DNA from: an uncultured Oscillospiraceae bacterium
GTDB taxonomy: Bacteria; Bacillota; Clostridia; Oscillospirales; Acutalibacteraceae
Assembly (NCBI GenBank): GCA_902489595.1
Contig: CABUAS010000001.1
Coordinates: forward strand, 2,166 to 66,165
Reading direction: 5' to 3'
DNA: 64,000 nucleotides
The notes under the pieces are model-generated. The model searched no databases, had not been told where the DNA came from, and worked only from the letters and a program-made list of their open reading frames with translations. Of this stretch, positions 55,413 through 64,000 are shown one piece after another. Made by a program: the position numbers and the translations under genes. How positions within the stretch are numbered: the first letter of the stretch is position 1; the number at the start of each line of letters is the position of its first letter.

Positions 55413-56252
55413 ATGGCAATGTATAAAATTCTTAAAAAGGAAAAACTCAACGATGCGGTTACCAGAATGGTAGTTGAGGCTCCTTTTGCTGCAAAAAAGG
55501 CAGAGCCGGGTCAGTTCATCATTCTTCGTGTTGATGAAAACGGCGAAAGGATTCCTTTAACCATTTCTGATTTCGACAGGGAAAAAGGCACGGTAACAAT
55601 CATTTTTCAGATTGTAGGTGCAGAAACATCACGCCTTAATATGAAAGAAGAAGGCGATTATATTCACGATTTTGCAGGACCTTTGGGCAACCCCACAAAA
55701 ACAGACGGCTATAAAAAAGTAGCAGTTATAGGCGGCGGCGTAGGCTCTGCGATTGCATTTCCCGTTGTTAAAAAGTTTTATAAAAACGGCACTGAAGTGC
55801 ACACAATCTGCGGTTTCAGAAATAAAGATTTGGTTATTCTTGAAGATGAATTCAAAGAAAATTCAAGTAAATATGTGCTTGTATCCGACGACGGCTCAAC
55901 AGGTACAAAAGGCTTTGTAACAGACGCTCTTAAATCGCTTATCGACAGCGGTGAAAATTACGACCTTGTAATTGCAATCGGACCTTTGCCGATGATGAAA
56001 TTCGTTTCAAAACTCACAAAAGAATACGGCATTAAAACAATCGTTTCAATGAACCCGATTATGATTGACGGCACGGGAATGTGCGGCGGATGCCGTTTAA
56101 CGGTAGGCGGGGAAACAAAATTTGCCTGTGTTGACGGCCCTGAATTTGACGGTCACCTTGTTGATTTTGACGAGGCTATAGAGCGAGGCGCTATGTATAA
56201 AAATTTTGAGCGGGAGTCAAACTGCAATCTTCTGAATAAGGAGGTGCAGTGA
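55413..56252 (+). CDS. ferredoxin-NADP+ reductase-like FAD/[2Fe-2S] subunit (NfnA/sulfide dehydrogenase gamma-type)
   Basis: FAD/NAD-binding fold and C-terminal CGGCRL...CVDGP cluster. Paired with the GltD-like gene. Confidence 0.85.
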   Translation: MAMYKILKKEKLNDAVTRMVVEAPFAAKKAEPGQFIILRVDENGERIPLTISDFDREKGTVTIIFQIVGAETSRLNMKEEGDYIHDFAGPLGNPTKTDGYKKVAVIGGGVGSAIAFPVVKKFYKNGTEVHTICGFRNKDLVILEDEFKENSSKYVLVSDDGSTGTKGFVTDALKSLIDSGENYDLVIAIGPLPMMKFVSKLTKEYGIKTIVSMNPIMIDGTGMCGGCRLTVGGETKFACVDGPEFDGHLVDFDEAIERGAMYKNFERESNCNLLNKEVQ

Positions 56253-56253
56253 T

Positions 56254-57624
56254 ATGGATATAATGAAAAAACATCCGATGCCTGTGCAGGACCCTCTTGT
56301 AAGAAATAAAAACTTTAAGGAAGTTGCACTCGGCTATGATGAAAAAACAGCAGTGGAAGAGGCAAAAAGATGCCTGAACTGCAAACACAGACCCTGTGTG
56401 ACTGGCTGCCCCGTAAATATTGTAATTCCCGAATTTATTAAATACGTTGCCGAAGGTGAATTTGAAAAGGCTTATCAGGTAATCAGCGCATCATCTGCAT
56501 TGCCTGCTGTCTGCGGCAGAGTATGTCCGCAGGAGCGCCAGTGTGAATCAAAATGTGTAAGAGGAATTAAAGGCGAGCCTGTGGCAATCGGCAGACTTGA
56601 AAGATTTGTTGCCGATTATCATAATAGCCACGCAGACGACAAAGTAAATATACCTGAGAAAAACGGCAAAAAAGTTGCTGTAATCGGTTCAGGTCCCAGT
56701 TCGCTTACCTGCGCAGGCGACTGTGCAAAAATGGGTTATGACGTTACTGTGTTTGAAGCACTGCATATTGCAGGCGGTGTGCTTGTTTACGGTATTCCCG
56801 AGTTCAGACTGCCTAAAAGCATTGTAAAAACAGAGGTTGACAACCTTAAAGCGCTGGGCGTTGATTTCAAAACAAATGTTATTATCGGAAAAAGCATTGA
56901 AATTGACGACATTATGAAAGAATATGACGCAGTGTTTATCGGCTCGGGCGCAGGTCTGCCCCGTTTTATGGGCATTGAGGGTGAAAACCTTAAAGGCGTT
57001 TATTCAGCCAATGAATTTTTAACAAGAATTAACCTTATGAAAGCGTATAAAGAGGACAGCAGAACGCCTATTCAGCACGCAAAAGCCGTTGCCGTAGTCG
57101 GCGGCGGCAACGTTGCTATGGACGCAGCAAGATGCGCAATACGCCTCGGCGCTGAAAAAGTTTACATCATCTACCGCCGCTCGCTTGATGAACTGCCTGC
57201 AAGAGCAGAAGAAGTTGAGCACGCTATGGAAGAACAGATTGAGTTTAAAACGCTGACTAATCCAACAAAAATTATCGGTGATGAAAACAATAATGTGTGC
57301 GCAATAGAATGTATTTCAATGGAACTCGGCGAACCAGACGAATCGGGCAGAAGACGCCCCGTTGTTATCAAGGGCAGTGAACATTTGATTGATGTTGACT
57401 GCGTGATTATGGCACTCGGCACATCACCTAATCCGCTTATCAAGAGCACCACAAAGGGACTCGAGGTTGACAAACGAGGCTGTATTGTTGCAGACGAAAT
57501 GGGCAGAACGTCACTTAAAGGCGTATTTGCAGGCGGCGACAGCGTAACAGGCGCTGCAACCATTATTAAGGCAATGGGAGCAGGCAAAAACGCCGCAAAG
57601 GCTATTGATGAATATCTGAAATAA
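56254..57624 (+). CDS. GltD-like NADPH-dependent oxidoreductase (NfnB / glutamate synthase small-chain homolog)
   Basis: N-terminal 2x[4Fe-4S] Cys motifs and two Rossmann GxGxxG motifs (VIGSGPSS, VVGGGNVAMD). Confidence 0.9.
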   Translation: MDIMKKHPMPVQDPLVRNKNFKEVALGYDEKTAVEEAKRCLNCKHRPCVTGCPVNIVIPEFIKYVAEGEFEKAYQVISASSALPAVCGRVCPQERQCESKCVRGIKGEPVAIGRLERFVADYHNSHADDKVNIPEKNGKKVAVIGSGPSSLTCAGDCAKMGYDVTVFEALHIAGGVLVYGIPEFRLPKSIVKTEVDNLKALGVDFKTNVIIGKSIEIDDIMKEYDAVFIGSGAGLPRFMGIEGENLKGVYSANEFLTRINLMKAYKEDSRTPIQHAKAVAVVGGGNVAMDAARCAIRLGAEKVYIIYRRSLDELPARAEEVEHAMEEQIEFKTLTNPTKIIGDENNNVCAIECISMELGEPDESGRRRPVVIKGSEHLIDVDCVIMALGTSPNPLIKSTTKGLEVDKRGCIVADEMGRTSLKGVFAGGDSVTGAATIIKAMGAGKNAAKAIDEYLK

Positions 57625-57640
57625 ATAACAGCATATAATA

Positions 57641-57675
57641 AAAAAGGCAGGATTTTAATATTCCTGCCTTTTTTT
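57641..57675. terminator. bidirectional terminator between nfnB-like and the M23 peptidase gene
   Basis: AAAAAGGCAGGA-TTTTAATA-TTCCTGCCTTTTTTT. Confidence 0.7.
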
Positions 57676-57739
57676 ATGCTGTCAGACGGGTCGATTGGGC
57701 AGGACCCCTACAGAGCTGAACACACGCCACTGCGGATTT

Positions 57740-58438
57740 TCATTCTGTTTTACCCATTACATTAAGCGGATTTACCGACTTGCCCTCAAGCTTTGTTTCA
57801 AAATGAAGGTGAGCCTCCTCCGCCCCTTCACACGGAACTTTGCCGAGCGTGCCGATAACTCCTCCGATTGCAACATTGTCGCCTGCCGAAACGCTTGCGC
57901 TGTCAAGACCGCAGTATTTAGCAACAAGCTGACCGCCGTGGTCAATTTCAACAACAATGCCATATCGTGCATCACTGTAAACATCGAGCACAATGCCGTC
58001 ATTAACGGCAAGAACTTCAGTACCTTCTTCTGCCTTGAAATCGACAGCAGGATGGCTTCTGTAATCCTTCATTGTTTTGTTGAAAACAAGCTCTTCGGAA
58101 TAGCCGAAAAGCACTGCCTCACTAACCGGATACTGATAAAAGCTCTTGTACGGCGTGTTAGTATCAGTCAGCGGCATAGACGTACTTTCAGTCGTTGCCT
58201 CGGTCTGCACCTGAGTAGTCGGTGCCGTTGTTTCTGCCGTTGTATCTTCAACGGTAACACTGCGCTGAACCGCCGTTGTATCAACCACAGTTGTAGGCTC
58301 ATTTACCGTATCATTTTTATTTGAACCCGTTGTAGTAAAATAAACGATTGCACCGAGCGCAATAACAGACACACAGATAACCGAAAATAAAGCCTTTAAA
58401 TTTTTATTATCCTTTTTTGAATTAGAATTTGATGACAT
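57740..58438 (-). CDS. membrane-anchored M23/LytM-family peptidase
   Basis: N-terminal TM. HPAVDF (HxxxD) and HLHFE (HxH) metal-binding motifs. Start placed at MSSNSNSKK (RBS GAGGTG). Confidence 0.8.
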   Translation of the reverse strand: MSSNSNSKKDNKNLKALFSVICVSVIALGAIVYFTTTGSNKNDTVNEPTTVVDTTAVQRSVTVEDTTAETTAPTTQVQTEATTESTSMPLTDTNTPYKSFYQYPVSEAVLFGYSEELVFNKTMKDYRSHPAVDFKAEEGTEVLAVNDGIVLDVYSDARYGIVVEIDHGGQLVAKYCGLDSASVSAGDNVAIGGVIGTLGKVPCEGAEEAHLHFETKLEGKSVNPLNVMGKTE

Positions 58439-58479
58439 AAAAAACACCTCAAAAGCATTATGCCCTGAGGTGTTTTTAC

Positions 58480-61400
58480 TTATTCACCGATTTTGCAGAC
58501 TTTTTCCATAATTGATAAAGAATTGCGTACCGTTTCAAGCGGAGATTCATAGCCGAGTTTAACGGCAATATATGCTTTTTTGCCTGCCGAAAGCAGAACT
58601 CTGCCCTTCATTTCACGGTTAAGCGCCATAACAAGATTAATATCAGGCTCGTTCATATAAAACAGAATTGAGCCGTTTCTCTGCGAAATTTCATAAACAC
58701 CGAGTTTTATTGCAACATTTCTCAAAAGCGAAATTTCAACAAGGCCGCAGATTGCCTCGGGCGGTGTGCCGAAACGGTCACGCAGTTCATCATAAACATC
58801 ATTTGCGTCGGCGTCACTTCTTATGGCTGCTATGCGTTTATACATTGACAGCCTCTGCGGTGTGGAAGAAATATAACTTTCAGGGATATGCGCTTCAATC
58901 GGAAGGTCAATGAGGCACTCTTTTTCTTCTGTTTCTTCTTTCTTTTCGCCTTTTTCCTCGGCAACAGCATCGGCAAGCAGTTTTAAGTACATATCATAGC
59001 CGACTGCCTCCATATGTCCGTGCTGTTTATTGCCAAGCAGAGAGCCTGCACCGCGGATTTCAAGATCACGCATTGCAATTTTAAAGCCCGAGCCGAACTC
59101 GGTATATTCTCTTATAGCCTCAAGGCGCTTTGTGGCAATATCGCTTAGTTCCTTACCCCTCGTAAATGTGAGATAAGCATAGGCACGGCGTGAACTTCTG
59201 CCTACCCTGCCCCTTATCTGATGCAGTTGGGCAAGACCCATTCTGTCTGCATTTTCAATAATGAGCGTGTTTACATTAGGCACATCAATACCCGTTTCAA
59301 TAATCGTTGTGCACACAAGAATATCAATCTCGCCGTTCAAAAGTTTTGCCCACACATCTGAAAGCTGCTCCTCTGTCATTTTACCATGGGCAACGCCGAC
59401 ATTGGCATCGGGAATTGCTTTTTTTATACGCACGGCGGCGTGGTCAATAGTTTCAATATTATTATGAAGATAGTAGCACTGACCGCCCCTTGCAAGCTCT
59501 TTTTCCATAGCCTCTGCAAGCACGCCGAAATCATACTCAACAACGTAGGTCTGCACGGGGTATCTGTCGCCCGGTGCCTCTTCAATCAGGCTCATATCCC
59601 TGATACCGCTCATTGCCATATTAAGCGTTCTCGGAATCGGTGTGGCAGACAGGGTAAGTACATCAACTTTAGGGAATTTTTCTTTGATTTTTTCTTTCTG
59701 CGCAACGCCGAAACGCTGTTCCTCGTCAACAATCAGCAGTCCCAGATCCTTGAATTTTATATCCTTGCTGATAATTCTGTGTGTGCCTACAAGCAAATCA
59801 ACTTTTCCCTCTGCTAAATCTTTAAGCACCTGCTTCTGCTTTGCAGGCGAAACAAAACGTGAAAGCATTTCGATTCTTACGGGGAATGCCTCCATTCTTG
59901 AGCGTGCCGTGTTGAAATGCTGCATGGCAAGAACCGTAGTGGGCACAAGGATTGCACATTGCTTACCCTCTGACAGGCATTTGAATGCGCCTCGCAGTGC
60001 AACCTCTGTTTTGCCGAAGCCTACATCGCCGCAGAGCAGTCTGTCCATAGGTACAGGGCGCTCCATATCGTGCTTGATTTCATCAACACAGCGGAGTTGG
60101 TCGTCTGTTTCATCATACGCAAAGCGAAGTTCAAAATCACGCTGCATATCTGTATCTTCCGAAAAGGCAAAGCCTTTTGTGCTCATACGCTTTGCATAAA
60201 GCGCAATAAGCTCTTTTGCCATATCCTTAACAGATGAACGCACCTTTGCCTTTGCTTTTTTCCATTCACTGCCGCCGAGCCTGTTGATTTTTACACGTGC
60301 CGTGTTTTCGCCCGGACCGATATATTTAGAAACAAGGTCAAGCTGGGTAACAGGCACATAAAGCACATCGCCCTTGGCATATGAAATTTTGATATAATCT
60401 TTTTTTACTTTATTGAGTTCGAGCGCCTGAATACCGTCAAAAATACCGATACCGTGCACATTATGAACAATATAATCACCGACGGTCAGTTCATCAAGCG
60501 AATGAATCACATTTTTTGAATGAACCTTGTTTGCTTTCTTTTTCTTTTGCAGTGTTCTTGTGTGAGTAATAAGCGCAAACTTAATATCTGAAAACTGAAA
60601 TCCTGCCGAAACCGTACCCGAAACAACTGTTACTGCACCTATCTGAAACTGCTGAGGGTAACTTTCACTGAAAACGGTATTGAAACCCGCCTCCTCAAGG
60701 TCATATGCAAGTGCTTTTGCATTTCTTAAAGTACCTGCCATAACACAGATTGTGTAGCCTTTTTCTTTAAGCGGAGCAACATCTTCCTTCAACTGCTCAA
60801 AAGTACCGTTCCACGCATTGAAGCTCTGAATCGTGAAATTTGAAAGATTGGCAACAGGCGTGTCAAACGAGCCTCTCGGCAGGGAATCAAGGTAAACGGC
60901 ACCGTGATTTTCATAAATACGGCAGAGTTCGTCAAAACTAAGTGTAAATTTATCAACTCCTTTGCACAGTGTGCCGTCTTCAAGATACCATTTTACCTGT
61001 TCATTCATCAGTTTAAACTGATTATTTGTTTTCTCTTTTACTCTGGCGCTTTCGCAGATAAAGAGAAGATTATCGCCGAGATAATCAAAAATTCCGCTGC
61101 TTTTGTATGCAAGCGGCAGATACCTGTCACTGCATACAATAGATAATCCGTTTTTCAGATTTTCAGCATCTTCATATAATTTTTCCCGTGCTTTTATTGC
61201 TTTACCCTTTAAAGATTTTGCCAGATTTTCAATTTTTTCGGCAAATTTTTCTTTTGAGTCAAAAAGCACTTCCGTAGCAGGTATAATTTCAATACGCTCG
61301 GCATTTCTTGTACGCCTTTGTGTGGCAATATCAAAATGCGAAATCGTGTCTACCGTGTCGCCCCACAGTTCGATACGGACAGGCTCGTCAAACCCCGGCG

Positions 61401-61947
61401 GGAAAATATCAATAATTCCGCCCCTTACGGCAAATTGTGACGTACCGTCTACCTGGTCATAGCGTGAGTAGCCTGCGTAAACAAGTTTATTTACAATATC
61501 GTCAATATTAACCATTTCGCCGACTGAAATTACGGCGGTTCGTTTCTGAAGTTCCGCAGGCGGCATAGTCATCTGCACGGCGGCATTAACAGAACATACG
61601 ACTGCAGTAAATTCATCATTCAGAATTGCGGAAAGCACGCCGAGACGCAGGTGCTCAAACTCGTGCGACAGACCTGCCACCTGCTGAAAGGTAAATTCAC
61701 GGGCAGGATAGTAAAGAACGCCTGCCGAAACTGCGCCCAAATTTTCGCTCATTTTAATAGCCGACGGCTCGTCAGGCATAATGATGAATGCCTTTTTACC
61801 TTCATCGCTTATAATGCTGTGAATCAGATGCGGCTTGAACCCGTCGGGCACACCTATAGCCCCGACAGGCGTACCCGTGGGGTTTACACTGCCTGCGAGG
61901 CTTTTGAATTCACTGCTTTTTTCAAATATTTTTAAAAAGCAAGACAT
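58480..61947 (-). CDS. mfd: transcription-repair coupling factor
   Basis: 1155 aa with a UvrB-homology N-terminus, CarD/RID domain, SF2 translocase motifs (GDVGFGKTEV, DEEQRFG) and TRCF C-terminus. Confidence 0.97.
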   Translation of the reverse strand: MSCFLKIFEKSSEFKSLAGSVNPTGTPVGAIGVPDGFKPHLIHSIISDEGKKAFIIMPDEPSAIKMSENLGAVSAGVLYYPAREFTFQQVAGLSHEFEHLRLGVLSAILNDEFTAVVCSVNAAVQMTMPPAELQKRTAVISVGEMVNIDDIVNKLVYAGYSRYDQVDGTSQFAVRGGIIDIFPPGFDEPVRIELWGDTVDTISHFDIATQRRTRNAERIEIIPATEVLFDSKEKFAEKIENLAKSLKGKAIKAREKLYEDAENLKNGLSIVCSDRYLPLAYKSSGIFDYLGDNLLFICESARVKEKTNNQFKLMNEQVKWYLEDGTLCKGVDKFTLSFDELCRIYENHGAVYLDSLPRGSFDTPVANLSNFTIQSFNAWNGTFEQLKEDVAPLKEKGYTICVMAGTLRNAKALAYDLEEAGFNTVFSESYPQQFQIGAVTVVSGTVSAGFQFSDIKFALITHTRTLQKKKKANKVHSKNVIHSLDELTVGDYIVHNVHGIGIFDGIQALELNKVKKDYIKISYAKGDVLYVPVTQLDLVSKYIGPGENTARVKINRLGGSEWKKAKAKVRSSVKDMAKELIALYAKRMSTKGFAFSEDTDMQRDFELRFAYDETDDQLRCVDEIKHDMERPVPMDRLLCGDVGFGKTEVALRGAFKCLSEGKQCAILVPTTVLAMQHFNTARSRMEAFPVRIEMLSRFVSPAKQKQVLKDLAEGKVDLLVGTHRIISKDIKFKDLGLLIVDEEQRFGVAQKEKIKEKFPKVDVLTLSATPIPRTLNMAMSGIRDMSLIEEAPGDRYPVQTYVVEYDFGVLAEAMEKELARGGQCYYLHNNIETIDHAAVRIKKAIPDANVGVAHGKMTEEQLSDVWAKLLNGEIDILVCTTIIETGIDVPNVNTLIIENADRMGLAQLHQIRGRVGRSSRRAYAYLTFTRGKELSDIATKRLEAIREYTEFGSGFKIAMRDLEIRGAGSLLGNKQHGHMEAVGYDMYLKLLADAVAEEKGEKKEETEEKECLIDLPIEAHIPESYISSTPQRLSMYKRIAAIRSDADANDVYDELRDRFGTPPEAICGLVEISLLRNVAIKLGVYEISQRNGSILFYMNEPDINLVMALNREMKGRVLLSAGKKAYIAVKLGYESPLETVRNSLSIMEKVCKIGE

Positions 61948-62021
61948 ATTATTTCTTCTTTCGTTGGTATTTCGGGAGGGCGCAGAGACCCTCCCCTACT
62001 GTTTGGAATTCTCAAAGATGT

Positions 62022-62615
62022 TTACGAATTAAACAAATTCATTGCCTTATCAATTTCATCATTTACGATATACGGCAGGGCGTCGACTGCGTTTTCAAGC
62101 GCTGATTTTAAATCTTTTTCAAGTTCTTTCGGAAATCTGCCGAGAACCCAGTTTATAATATCGTAATCGGGATTTGGCTTTTTGCCGACTCCCACTTTGA
62201 TACGCGGAAAATTTTCACTGCCTAAATGAGCAATAATGCTTTTAAGTCCGTTGTGACCGCCTGCAGAACCCTTTCTTTTAATTCTTATCTGCCCTACATC
62301 AAAAGAAAAATCATCTGAAATTACGATAACTTTTTCGGGCGGAATTTTATAAAACCTTGCCGCCTCACCGACAGCCTCACCTGAATTATTCATAAAAGTC
62401 TGCGGCTTCATTACAAGGCATTTTTTGCCGTTTATTGTGCAGTCTGCTGTAAGAGAATGAAATTTTAACTTTTTTATATTAAGATTTTCGTTAATTGCAA
62501 ACAAATCTATTGCAAGAAATCCTGCGTTATGGCGTGTCATTTCATATTTAGCACCGGGATTGCCTAAACCGACAATTAAATATTCATAGCCGCCGTTTGA
62601 TTTTTTAAATATCAT
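62022..62615 (-). CDS. pth: peptidyl-tRNA hydrolase
   Basis: LIVGLGNPG...TRHNAGF...GHNGLKS motifs. Confidence 0.95.
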   Translation of the reverse strand: MIFKKSNGGYEYLIVGLGNPGAKYEMTRHNAGFLAIDLFAINENLNIKKLKFHSLTADCTINGKKCLVMKPQTFMNNSGEAVGEAARFYKIPPEKVIVISDDFSFDVGQIRIKRKGSAGGHNGLKSIIAHLGSENFPRIKVGVGKKPNPDYDIINWVLGRFPKELEKDLKSALENAVDALPYIVNDEIDKAMNLFNS

Positions 62616-62636
62616 TTTTAATTCCTTTTGCGTTTA

Positions 62637-63914
62637 TTATTGATGGTCGTCGGAAGTATCGACCTTTACGGTAATTTTTATTTTATCCGCTCTTTTGCCG
62701 TCTACGCTCAGCACACGGGCGGTAATATTGTCAAATTCGGCAACATCGTCAACTTCGGGAATTTTATCAAGCAGCATCATAATAAAGCCGTTCACGGTTG
62801 TAACATCATCTTCAACATGGTTTATTTTGAAATATTCAAAGAAATCCTCAAGCGATGCCGAACCGTCGGCAATATACTCATTATCGCTGATTTTTTCAAA
62901 ATCGACTTCCACTTCATCGTGTTCGTCCCATATTTCGCCTACAAGTTCCTCAAGTATATCTTCAAGCGTTACAATACCCTCTGTGCCGCCGAATTCATCA
63001 ATAACAACGGCAAGATGTGTCTTATTTTTCTGAAAAATACGCAGAAGTTTTGAGATTTTTGTATCGGGTGAAACACTCGGAACAGGTTTTAAAATCGTTC
63101 TGAGCGATTTCAGATTTCGATCTCTTGCACTTTCAAAATCACGGTGGTGAATCAGACCGACAATATTGTCTATATCATTGATATAAACAGGCAGACGGCT
63201 GCGGTTGCTTGTTTTGAAAACCTTTTCGATTTCATCAAACGAGGCATATTTATCAACAGCGTCAACATCAATTCTTGGGGTAAGAATGTCAATAACATCA
63301 ATATCGTCAAACTCGATTGATGAGCGGATAAGTTTTGATTCGTTTTCATCAATTTCGCCGCCCGTGTGAGCCTCATTAACATATGTTTTAAGTTCTTCTT
63401 CAGTTACGGCGTTTACTTTACCGAGACCGAAAATCCTGTTCATAAGTTTAGACCATCCACGGAAAAACAATGATAGCGGGCTGAACAGAATAATGAAAAA
63501 TTTAACAAGCGGTGAAATCAGAATTGCATAACTTTCGGCACGCTCTTTTGCTATCTGTTTCGGTGTAACTTCGCCGAAAATAAGTACAACAATCGTCATA
63601 ACAATAGTTGAAAGCGTTGTGCCGAGGCTTTCACCGTAAATGCCCGTAAAAACAATGGTTGAAATTGCCGTGCAGGCAATATTTACAAGGTTGTTGCCGA
63701 TTAAAATTGTAGACAAAACAACATCGTATTCTTCGGAAAGGGAAAGTGCCCTTTCTATTCTTTTTGATTTTCTGCCGTTTTTGCCGAGCATTGATTTTAA
63801 TTTAACCTGATTGAGTGAGGAAAATGCCGTTTCGGCAGACGAAAAAAAGGCGCTTAAAACAACAAGCACCGCCATTACAATAATTAATCGGACAGAATCG
63901 CTATCCATTTGCAT
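62637..63914 (-). CDS. CNNM/TlyC-family transporter (DUF21 + CBS pair + CorC_HlyC)
   Basis: N-terminal DUF21 membrane domain, a CBS pair, and the C-terminal transporter-associated domain. Confidence 0.9.
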   Translation of the reverse strand: MQMDSDSVRLIIVMAVLVVLSAFFSSAETAFSSLNQVKLKSMLGKNGRKSKRIERALSLSEEYDVVLSTILIGNNLVNIACTAISTIVFTGIYGESLGTTLSTIVMTIVVLIFGEVTPKQIAKERAESYAILISPLVKFFIILFSPLSLFFRGWSKLMNRIFGLGKVNAVTEEELKTYVNEAHTGGEIDENESKLIRSSIEFDDIDVIDILTPRIDVDAVDKYASFDEIEKVFKTSNRSRLPVYINDIDNIVGLIHHRDFESARDRNLKSLRTILKPVPSVSPDTKISKLLRIFQKNKTHLAVVIDEFGGTEGIVTLEDILEELVGEIWDEHDEVEVDFEKISDNEYIADGSASLEDFFEYFKINHVEDDVTTVNGFIMMLLDKIPEVDDVAEFDNITARVLSVDGKRADKIKITVKVDTSDDHQ

Positions 63915-64000
63915 ACTCCTTTAAATTTATTTTCGGCAGAGCGCAGAGACCCTTTCAATATCGGATTATTTGATTATACGGTGCGTCGGGAACGCCGCAC

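Noticed and set aside
57695-58324. 209-aa plus-strand ORF opposite the M23 peptidase gene, with similar long antisense ORFs inside mfd (59642-60199, 59386-59817) and the CNNM gene (62628-63053)
   Set aside because: They are antisense shadows of well-supported genes. They have Cys/Arg/Ser-rich unnatural composition and no RBS.

Overview
This is a chromosomal window from a low-GC Firmicute, probably a spore-forming member of the Clostridia. That guess rests on gene content: rny, T-box leaders, spoVT, a BclA-like collagen protein and pth-mfd synteny.

Layout:
- 1-9.5 kb: housekeeping genes. These are a PASTA kinase-like protein, yhaM, prmA, thrS with a Thr T-box, rny and a Dabb-family protein.
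- 9.8-29.7 kb: a 20-gene, single-strand Wzx/Wzy capsule or exopolysaccharide locus. It holds a Wzz/BY-kinase pair, a priming transferase, 5 glycosyltransferases and 3 AT3 acyltransferases. It also holds a radical SAM/SPASM enzyme, a cytidylyltransferase-kinase fusion, LicD, and a NeuB-like plus NeuA-HAD nonulosonic acid module.
- 29.8-38.5 kb: a CaCA exchanger, CapA, glnA, tRNA-Ser followed by 154-bp tandem repeats, T-box(Trp)-trpB2, and a collagen-like BclA-type gene with a GT2-TPR glycosyltransferase.
- 38.7-54.5 kb: the sporulation regulator gene spoVT, split in two by a 15,245-bp integrative element.
- 54.7-64 kb: a PHP protein, an nfnAB-like pair, an M23 peptidase, mfd, pth and a CNNM/CorC-type transporter.

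The spoVT element is the main finding. It carries a large serine recombinase whose ORF runs in frame into the spoVT 3' half, and a TnpV-like gene placed directly behind the spoVT promoter-proximal stub. It also carries an ImmR/ImmA-like switch, a type III R-M system with an associated AAA-ATPase and small membrane protein, and a toxin/immunity-like pair. Two inverted copies of a structured noncoding sequence lie in it as well. Joining the element ends reconstructs a 50-bp imperfect palindrome centred on GA.

All family names are recognised by eye from motifs. No database search was run.
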